The notes beneath the pieces are model-generated. The model did no database searches and was not told where the DNA came from. It was given only the letters and a program-made list of their open reading frames with translations. Both the position numbers and the translations under genes were made by a program. From Prasinococcaceae sp. CCMP 1430 (lineage: Eukaryota > Plantae > Prasinodermophyta): DNA of 64,000 nucleotides. The DNA is taken from contig RQSC01001312.1 in assembly GCA_013416795.1 (NCBI GenBank), positions 3,640 to 67,639 of the forward strand. The letters run 5' to 3'. Below, in pieces: positions 55,243 to 64,000 of the stretch; the first letter of the stretch is position 1, and every line of letters starts with the position of its first letter.

Positions 55243-55424
55243 AGGCGGGGCGCACGCAGGCACACGCACGCGCGCGCGACACACACGCGCGCTCGCGCCC
55301 ACACAGGCCTATCCCTGTGCCACGCGCGGTGCAACTGCGCCACTAAGGCTGTGTCACTACTTCTGGATATTAGACGCCCGCCCCACGCCACGCGGCGCCG
55401 CTGCGACAGGCGCGTGTGCCGGCG

Positions 55425-57300
55425 TCAGCGCTCGCGGCCAGGGCTCGAGACAGTCACGCCAGCCTCCTCCTCCTCGGCGAGGAGAACGACCACCTCCGCA
55501 TCCGAGGCTTGGAGCTCGCCGTTTTTGCCGCTGTCGCCATTGTTGTTGTTGTTGTTGCTGCTGCTGCTGCTGGTGGTGGTGTCGTTACCGCCGTCGGCGT
55601 CCTCCTCGTCCTCGGATTCCGTTTCCTCAGCGTCGCTGCCCACATCGCCGGCGATCGCGCGCGCCACCGCCAGGGTCTCCCTCTCCGGTTCGTCTGGGTC
55701 GTTCGGAAACGCCGCCGCCACCTCCAGCGCGAGCGCCTCCTGCTCGCCCTCGCTATCGCTGGCCTCGTCGATCGCCGCCTCGCCGAGCGCGGCCACTGCC
55801 TCCTCGCCGCCGACGACGCGCAGCGCGAGGTCCAGCGCGAGCGGCGTCAGGGCCATGCTCAGGATGATGACGCCCACGAGCAGCTCGCTCAGGCCCGGGG
55901 GCAGCACCGAGCTGGCCCCCGCGCCCGTGTTCGCCGACGCCTGCGCGAAGATGACGAAGGCGAACTCGCCGCCCTGCGCGATGGCGCTGCCCGCCACCAG
56001 GCCCTCCTGCCAGCTGAGCCCGACGAGCCTGCCGGCGCCCGCCACGACGCCCGTCTTGACGGTGACGAGGGTGACCGCCATGACGAGCGCGATGGGCCAC
56101 ACCTCCGACAGCAGGTCGATGTTGATGGTCGTGCCCACGGTGACGAAGAAGAGGCTCAGGAAGAGCGACTTGAAGGGCGTGATCTTCTCGATGATCTCGT
56201 GGCCGTAGGGCGTGTCGGCCAGAACGATGCCCGCGAGGAAGGCGCCGAGCGTCGCCGAGAAGCCGAACGAGTCGCAGGCGCTCGAGAAGACCGCCAGCAC
56301 CAGCAGGGAGAGCGCGACGGACACGTCGTCGCCCGCGTCGGTCTTCTTCACCAGCCTGTAGAGGGAGACGGCGAGCCTCTGGCCCACGAAGGCGAGCACG
56401 CCCAGGTCGAGGAAGCTGGTCGCGCCCCCCGCCGCGAGCAGCTCGTAGTTGATGTCCCCCCCGCCGGTGATTGCGTCGCGGATCACCGGCAGCATCACGA
56501 TGAAGGGGACCACCGCGACGTCCTGGAAGAGCAGCATGCCGAGCGCCGCGGTGCCGAAGCGCGTCGACATCATGCCCTTGTCCGCGAGCAGCTGGATCGC
56601 GAACGCGGAGGAGCTCAGCGTCAGCCCGAAGCCCACCACGAGCGCCTCGAGGTTCGACCCGACGCGCAGGAGGTCGTCGTGGCCGGGCTGCACGAAGTCC
56701 AGCACGTGCGTGCCCAGCGCGTCCCCCACCGGCAGCAGCGCGGCCGTGAAGCCCACATTGGTGAGCACCACCTGCGCGGCGCCGAGGCCGAAGGCGTACT
56801 TGGCCAGGCTCTTCAGGCGCGACGCGCTGAGCTCGAGGCCCATCTCGAACAGCAGGAACTGGATGCCGAGCTCGCACAGCTGGTCCACCTCCTCGTTGTC
56901 GACGAAGAGCCCGACGCGGCTGAGCAGCAGTCCGGAGAGGAGGAAGCCGAGGACGGGCGACTGCTTGAGCGCGCGGAAGATGGGCGTGACGGCCACCACG
57001 GCCATGAGGAAGAAGACGCTGTCGGTGCCGACGGCTCGCACGACCTCGCTCCACTCCTGCTCCGGCAGCCCCGCCGCCGCCTCCAGCACCTCCCTGTCCG
57101 ACTCCAGGGTGTCCCCCACGAACTTGCCCGGGTCGAGCGCGAACTCGACCGTCTCGCCCAGCGGCAGCTCGTCCTCGCTGAGCGTGCCGCCGCTGGCGGC
57201 CTCCAGGCCGCGCTGGATGGCGCGCACCAGCTCGGCGACGGGGGAGAAGCGCTCCGACTCGGACTCCAGGCGGAGCGCCGAGATGGCGTCCGCCAGCGGC
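55425..57300 (-). CDS. KEA: CPA2 K+/H+ antiporter, KEA-like, lacking a KTN domain; N-terminus broken
   Basis: SPVLGFLLSG, ELGIQFLLFEMGLELS, GFGLTLSSSAF, LLFQDVAVVP, LGAFLAG, PFKSLFLSLFFVTVG, QGGEFAFV, ILSMALTP; acidic tail to stop. Confidence 0.88.
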
Positions 57301-57322
57301 GGCGCGTGCGCGTGCGCCCCGA

Positions 57323-57465
57323 GTGGCTGCCCTGGCCGCCGCACATGCGCCTGCTGGGCGTGCAGTTCCTCGGCCCGCCGCAGATCAACTTCAGCGTGTC
57401 GGGGGCGACCGACATCCCGGGCGTCGAGGCGTGGCTGCGCGGCGCCATCGACAGGCTGGTGCGCT
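57323..57465 (+). CDS. Fragment resembling an SMP (synaptotagmin-like lipid-transfer) domain
   Basis: WLPWPPHMRLLGVQFLGPPQINFSVSGATDIPGVEAWLRGAIDRLVR, ending at a gap. Confidence 0.5.
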
Positions 57466-59159
57466 NNNNNNNNNNNNNNNNNNNNNNNNNNNNNNNNNNN
57501 NNNNNNNNNNNNNNNNNNNNNNNNNNNNNNNNNNNNNNNNNNNNNNNNNNNNNNNNNNNNNNNNNNNNNNNNNNNNNNNNNNNNNNNNNNNNNNNNNNNN
57601 NCGCGCGCCAGCCACGCTGCCGGCGCGCGCCGACGTGGCGCGTGCGCGCGGCGGCCACAGGTCGCCCAATTCGCGGCCGGACGCGGAATTCGCGAGGGCG
57701 CTCCGCGAAAACGCAGGAGGAGGGGTGTGTGTGCGCCCCAGTGAATCACAAATGACAACGATGAAGTGAACGTCGGGGCGAATGAAAACGCAAATGAACA
57801 CACTTTTTTTTTTAAAAAAACGCCCGACACGCAGCCTTGGTCTGGATTCTGTGTGGTTTTGTTTTTTTGTTTTTATTTTTGTTTTATTATTTTTAAAAAT
57901 AAAAACAAAAACAAAAACAAAGCGTTTGGTTTGGTGTCAAGAACACCAAAAAAACAAACAAAAAAAACAGCATGTGGTTTGGTTGGATTCAGAAAACGAA
58001 AACGCCCAAAGCACGGAACCTCATTTGGTTCTGGTGTCAAATGAATACGCGCGGAAAACGCCGCGAAAAAGGGGAGCGCGCGCGAGAGCGAGCGCCGCTC
58101 CGCCTCCCTCCCGCACTTCGATTGGACTCCATTACGCCGGATGCGTGGAGAGGCGAAAACGGTTTGAACTCCGCGAAACGCGCGCGTGGGACCGCGCGCA
58201 CACCGCCATTTCGCCGGCGGACGGAAAAAATCCGATCCGCCCGATCCGCGGGCGTGGCGTCCCGATCCGCCCGCCCGGCGCGCGCGCGCCCGCGCGGGCG
58301 ACGTGAGACACAGCTTGGCGTTACAGTCACCCACGGGCGAGTGATGGTGCGCTGGGGCGTGATACGGCGTTTCTGGCCTGGGTCGAATCTGTCGAAATCT
58401 GCCACTCTCCGTGCGCTGCCTGTATGTGGGACGGGGTGGTGGGTGTAGGTGTGGTACCCACGCTGCGGGCGCTCGGCGCAGGCCTCCCTCCCTCCCGACC
58501 GGGCGACCAGCCACAGACAGGAGCCGACCAGCCCGCCAGCCAGCCAGTGGTGGTGGGTGCTGTGTCTGGTTGCTACGGTACCGCGAGCGTGCTGCCTGAG
58601 CTCTGGCTATGTCACCATCATGATGGTGCTGTAGTGGGCATTCGGACGTGGGTTTGGGTTGGTGCGTCACCGGTTGCCTGGCTGGGGGAGCCGTCGTGAG
58701 TTAGGTATTTGAGGTAGGGTTACCTGTGCCACAGCGCGCGCGGCCCACGCCGCGCTCTCGCGGCGGCGTGGAGGCGGGCGCGCGCGCCGCGGCGGGCTCT
58801 GCTGTGGAGCAGGCGGGGTTGGAGGGGAATCCGGAGGTCCAGGGAGGTCACACCACACACACAGGTCGCAGGCGTGCTGCTCGGCCGCGGGGGAGAGGTC
58901 AGCTGCCTCGCGGCGACGGAAGACGCCGCGCTCGCGCCGGCAGGCGGGCGGGCGGAGAGACTGCTCGTTGCGCTGCTCGGGGAGGGGGTGGGGGGGGGAC
59001 GCTTTGCGTGGGCGTGGGGGTGGGCGAGGCGCGGACGGAGAGGAGGAGGGCCCTCGGCCCTCGTCGCCCCTGCGGTCGCACGCTCGGGCGAACTGAGCGG
59101 GGTTGGGTGCGAGGGCCGGCGGGGCGGCGTTGCCCGCGCGCGCCCCTCCGGCCGGTGCT

Positions 59160-59337
59160 TGATGCAGGGCATCATGCCCTGCCTGTCGACCGCTTCTCTG
59201 TCTAGCACCTTGATGGCGTACGGCGTCCGCGCCGGGTCCTGCGAGTCCACGGCGTAGCGCACCTTGCCAGCGGCGCCCTCGCCCAGCGTGCGGCCGAGCT
59301 CGAAGCGCCCCAGCCGCGCATGCGCGCGCGGCCCGGG
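59160..59337 (-). CDS. N-terminal fragment of a CIPK/SnRK-type Ser/Thr kinase
   Basis: LGRFELGRTLGEGAAGKVRYAV...YAIKVLDREAV...IK; similarity then stops abruptly. Confidence 0.7.
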
Positions 59338-59890
59338 NNNNNNNNNNNNNNNNNNNNNNNNNNNNNNNNNNNNNNNNNNNNNNNNNNNNNNNNNNNNNNN
59401 NNNNNNNNNNNNNNNNNNNNNNNNNNNNNNNNNNNNNNNNNNNNNNNNNNNNNNNNNNNNNNNNNNNNNNNNNNNNNNNNNNNNNNNNNNNNNNNNNNNN
59501 NNNNNNNNNNNNNNNNNNNNNNNNNNNNNNNNNNNNNNNNNNNNNNNNNNNNNNNNNNNNNNNNNNNNNNNNNNNNNNNNNNNNNNCCCCGCCCTCCTGC
59601 ACGCGCCCTCGGTGCGCTGGCGGTGGACGCCCGCGTCGCGCCGCGAGCCGCGCGGCCGCTGGGCGCGCCGCGCGGAGGGCGCGCGCGCCATGCGCCACAG
59701 GGCGCGGCCGCGCTTCGTCATGGGCGACGCGTCCAACGTGCGCGACACGCCCGACGGAATAGCCCTCGCCGAGGACGACTGAACGCTCCGGACATCGTAG
59801 TCGCAGTGGTCGTAATAGAAACAGCAAAAGGCGCCGCTGCCAGGGCAGAGCTCTCTCGTGCGCGTGCTTGCTTCGCTCGGTGGCTCCTCC

Positions 59891-62800
59891 TCACGCGGCC
59901 TGCGCGGCGGCGCCCTGCTGCGGCGGGCGCATGGGCGCGTACGCGCCCATGCAGTGCGCCTGCCATCCGCCGTTGAATCGCACGCTGCCCGCCTCGTAGT
60001 CGTACACCCAACCGTTGTGCTTCGCGTTCGCCTCGCGCGGCTGTGGCTCGCCCGCGGCGGAGGAGGGACAAGGCGCGAACACCAGCTGCGCGTCGTTGAG
60101 CATCCGCTTGTCGAACTCGCCGTTGTCCGCCAGCGCGATGCACGCCCGGCTGCCGGCGGCCGCCCCCATCCCCGACGGCACGGACGCTGATATGGTGCCC
60201 TCGTACGCACGCAGCACGACGTCGTCCAAGGCCTGCGGCGAGTCGCACGGCACGAGGCGCATCAGCCGGTCCGATCCAACGCCGGCACACAGCGGCGGCG
60301 TCGACGAGTCGGGCGCGAGCGTGCTGCGCAGCGTGAGCCGCCCGCCGCTCAGCGTCCACGCGAGCACGCCCGCCGCATGAAGCAGGTCGTTGCCGCAGGG
60401 CTGCGCCGAGAGCGGCGTGCCCGCCGCGGGCGGTGCGGCGCCGCCAGCGGACAGCGCGCCCGCAGAGGGGTCCAGCACGCCGCGGACGGCGAAGTCCTTG
60501 AAGCCCGCGCGCAGGTAGTCGGTTGTGCCGATGGCGCAGAAGCCGTGCGTGGCGATGGCGTTCATGCCAGACTGGGCGGTGAGGACCTGTGCGCACGTGA
60601 CGTCAGCACGCGCATGCAGAGTGCAGCCCACCACCGTGCGCGCGCGTGCATGGATTCGTGCTGGCGTGCGTGCATTCGGCAACCGATCGGCACGCCCGTG
60701 TGCGTGCTCGTACGCGTGAACACGCCTAAGCGTGTGAATGTGTGCTATGCGCAGGCGCCCGGTGTGCACAAACAATCTCAAAAATCGCACACGCGCACGT
60801 ACCTTGCGCACGCTCGTCCGGCCGGAGAGGTACGCGCTGGCCGTGTCGCCGCTCACCACCAGCGTGAGGCGCACGTCGTGCGCGTGCTGCGGCGAAAGCG
60901 AGGGCACCACACCGCTGGCGACGGTGGCGCTCCGGTCGTGCACGGACTGCAGCGAGGGCTCGAGGCGCCAGTCGCCGCCCGCCTCGAGCACGAAGTAGAT
61001 TCCCACGGGGCGCACGCCGTTAAAGGTGCCGCGGCCGTCCACGCGCGCCGCCACGAAGGCCCCGCCGCCGCGGGTGACCTCGCCGCCCAGCGATACCGTC
61101 GCACTCACGCTGACGTCCTGCCACATGGCATCGCCAACCAGACTGAACGGCACGAGGTCCCCAGACCACGTCACCGGACGCTCAGGCACGACCTGAACGA
61201 GCGCAGTACGGTTGCCCTTAGGGAAATTGGACGCTCCGGGAATGGGATCCCCACCAGCGGAGTCCTCTGCTGGAGCCGAATGCCAGTCGTGGCGGACCTC
61301 GAAGGTCCCGGCCTGGTCGGCGAAGTATTGCGTCTGGTCGCCGAAGATGCGCCCGACGCCTTCGTCGTTTTCCGGATCGGCGTCGTCCGAGGCGAAGGCG
61401 ACGCTCGTGTACGGGAGGGGAAACGGCTTCGCCTCGGGCCGCGTCTCCGGCAGGTCTATGCGCCCCTGTGCGCCCTCGAAAGAGTCGAGCGGCGCGACGG
61501 TGTACACGCAATCCGTTTCGATCTCGAGGAGGATCTCACCCTCGCAGACAGCGACGTCCGGGAGCCGCTCGAACATGTCCCGCTCGCCGCCGCCGCGTTT
61601 CGAGCTCGCGGGGTAATCGAAGCCGAGGCAGGAGCGCCACACGCCCAACGTGGGCTCCGCGCAGCCGTCGCTAGCATCAGTCGCATGTTCATCCGAGTCC
61701 TCGCGGCGGGGCGCACCGCCGACGCCGCGCATGTTGAGACTGTCTGCGTCAAAGACAAACTTGAAGGTGGCAACCTCCGGTGCGGTGTCGTACCACCCGA
61801 GTGACGGGCGCACGCACGACGAGTGGTACGCGCTCATCTTTTCGATGACCATGGCCCAGTTCGCGGCGACGCCGTCACCGCTCTCAGGCTCGCGCATCGT
61901 CACGTACGAGCCGCCATGTGTGAGCTTGCCACTCCCTTGGCCCACGGGCAAATAGATCCAACCGGGGCGCGTGAACTGCGTCGTGTGCGCCGCCATCCAG
62001 ATGGGCGACCTCAGGTTATAGCTCCCCGTCCACGGCTGAGCAGCGTCCATCAGACCGCTAGAGAAGAAGGGGAAGCCGGAGTAGTAGGAACCGATCAGGT
62101 TCCATACGATGGTGCAAGTCATGCCCGCGTCCACGAAATTGCGGTTGATGGCGCGCGCCAGACAGCCGCCGCCCTCGAGATCTGCGAACGTCGAGTCGTC
62201 CTCGGAGGCCCAGAGCGGCACGCCCGCGGCGCGCGCCGCGGTGGGGGAAGTCGCGCCTGGGTAGTGCACCCCAATAGCCCCCAGGCTCCCCCTGAGCTCG
62301 GCGTCCGCACCGACGGCACCGACGAGCTTGTTGGCCGTGGCACCCCACGAGCCGTCGCTGCCGATGATCTCCACGTGCCGGGTGAGCTCGTTGCCGTCGA
62401 GCGCCTTGCGCAGCACTTTGTAGTACTGCGCGTTCCACATCCGCTCGTTCCAGCCGCCGACGTAGTCAATGGTTAAGTTGTGGTACTTGTAGGCGCCCAC
62501 AACCCACGAATACACGTAGGCAGCGAGCCTTTCGGGGTTGGCGTACACGCGCTGGTCGCCGGAGGGGTATGCGACGTCGTTGCCTTCCGTCGCGTCGCTC
62601 GTGTTGCTGGCGAGCCACCCCGGAAACGCCCACGGCAGCCCGTACAGCTTGATCGCGGGGTTGCGGCGCTTGGCCTCGCGCATCAGCCACCACTCGTAGC
62701 CGCGCCCGAAGTTGGCGTGCGTAAGCTGTCCCATCTCGGTGGCCGTGTGCGCGTGGGAGGGCTCAGAGCCGTCGGTGCTCTGCGCATCGCCGCCAATCTC

Positions 62801-63239
62801 GACTTTCAGCATGTGCAGCGCGGCGCCCGCTCCTCGCCGCGGGCGTGAGAGGGTCGAGTCCCCGGCGCTCTCCGGCCGCGCTCCAGCGGGCGCCGAGGGC
62901 ACATTGAAGAGCACGTCCAGGACCTCATCGCGCTGTTGCGGCGGGTATGAGTACAGCAAGCGCGAGGTCGCGCCGCCTCCGGAGATCGCGCCGATGCCGC
63001 TGAATAGCAGCCCCTGCGCCTTCGCGTCTGCGTCAGAAAAATCCGCCCTCGGCGCCACGACGGCGTAGCTCGTGCGAACAGCCTGAGCCTCAGCCTGGGC
63101 CTCCTCCGACTCGGAGGCGCCGCCCGCGTTGCCGGCGCGGCGCGGGCGACGGTCGTCTCCCCCGTGCATGCCAGTGCCAGCGCCGCCGCCGCGAGACGGG
63201 CCGGGCGCTCGCGCGGCGTCGCCGCGGTCGACATTTGCG
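59891..63239 (-). CDS. GALC: GH59 galactocerebrosidase-like glycoside hydrolase; in-frame intron 60587-60802; 5' end in gap
   Basis: FSGIGAISGGGATSRLL..YP, LKVEIGGDAQSTDGSEPSH, RGYEWWLM.EAKRRNP.IKLYGLPWAFPGW, WNER, PLWASED, GLMDAAQPW.G.Y, AAHTTQFT.PGW. Confidence 0.92.
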
Positions 63240-63559
63240 NNNNNNNNNNNNNNNNNNNNNNNNNNNNNNNNNNNNNNNNNNNNNNNNNNNNNNNNNNNNN
63301 NNNNNNNNNNNNNNNNNNNNNNNNNNNNNNNNNNNNNNNNNNNNNNNNNNNNNNNNNNNNNNNNNNNNNNNNNNNNNNNNNNNNNNNNNNNNNNNNNNNN
63401 NNNNNNNNNNNNNNNNNNNNNNNNNNNNNNNNNNNNNNNNNNNNNNNNNNNNNNNNNNNNNNNNNNNNNNNNNNNNNNNNNNNNNNNNNNNNNNNNNNNN
63501 NNNNNNNNNNNNNNNNNNNNNNNNNNNNNNNNNNNNNNNNNNNNNNNNNNNNNNNNNNN

Positions 63560-64000
63560 TTTTTTGCAGTTGCCCTCCCCCGCCGTCGCCTCCTCCGCGA
63601 GCGCGGCCGCGGCGCGCGCCACCGCCTGAGCGTCGCAGAGGCGCACGCCGCGCCCGCCGAGGGCGTCGCCCACGGCTTCGATCTGCGCGTCCTCCGTGAA
63701 GCCGTACTGGCAGAACGAGCGGCGCAGCGTCCACTCGGCCGCGCCGCCGCCGTAGCGGATGGTCACCTCCTCGCCGGGCGACAGGTCACGCAGCGCCACG
63801 AGCTCGAAGCTCTCCAGGTCCTGCGGCTCGACGTCGGCGCGCGCGTTGGCGGGCGTCACCACGCCGAAGCAGCGGTAGTCGGCAGCGGGATGGGAGCTGT
63901 GGTTGGCGAGGTCCACCAGCGGCACCAGCGCCGCCCAGCCCTCGCCCGCGGTGAGCGCGCGGCTGCGCGCGCACGCGAACGCCGCCGCCAGCGCCTCGCC
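63560..64000 (-). CDS. SET-domain lysine methyltransferase (Rubisco-LSMT/SETD3-like), partial
   Basis: SRAL...ALVPLVDLANH, LVALRDLSPGEEVTIRYG, QYGF. Confidence 0.85.

Noticed and set aside
1620-60802. Introner-like repeated introns
   Set aside because: Introns share composition and splice signals but no alignable body sequence by eye.
59891-63925. 1344-aa SET-GH59 fusion ORF
   Set aside because: The frame is joined only through a 320-N gap; these are two separate genes.

Overview
This is GC-rich eukaryotic nuclear DNA, most consistent with a small green alga. The evidence is plastid-targeted genes (PRPS20, LESV, anthranilate synthase, CRTISO-like, KEA, SohB), short GT-AG introns with CTGAC branch points, and TTTAGGG-type telo-boxes; the species cannot be fixed from sequence alone. 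It is a draft assembly with many N gaps, usually flanked by (CG)n/GGC runs. About 30 genes or gene fragments are supportable: a GYF_2 protein, NDUFA5, BET1, SCO1, cystathionine beta-lyase, a PH/coiled-coil protein, anthranilate synthase alpha, PRPS20, OSCP1, MnmG, LESV, SCAMP, a Vps62-like protein, an FSH1-RWD-OBG GTPase fusion, a PDK1-like kinase, CRTISO-like, a Nei glycosylase, MED6, a tRNA-binding domain, leishmanolysin, TPR-TTL, SohB, KEA, GH59 and SET. The most striking pattern is interleaved genes: an ORF sits inside the PRPS20 intron on the same strand, an orphan SR-protein exon precedes the GYF_2 gene, and a KAP3 N-terminus runs into BET1. Because these junctions fall on CG-rich runs and a 190-bp exact duplication exists, mis-assembly is the leading explanation, but real nesting is testable. 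Other points of interest are the FSH1-RWD-GTPase fusion, a recurring CACGGGAG + ACGTCAAA module in divergent promoters, and promoter-located tandem repeats. Most long ORFs in the supplied track are GC-rich shadow frames or span gaps. Protein family calls come from recognising motifs from memory, not from database searches.
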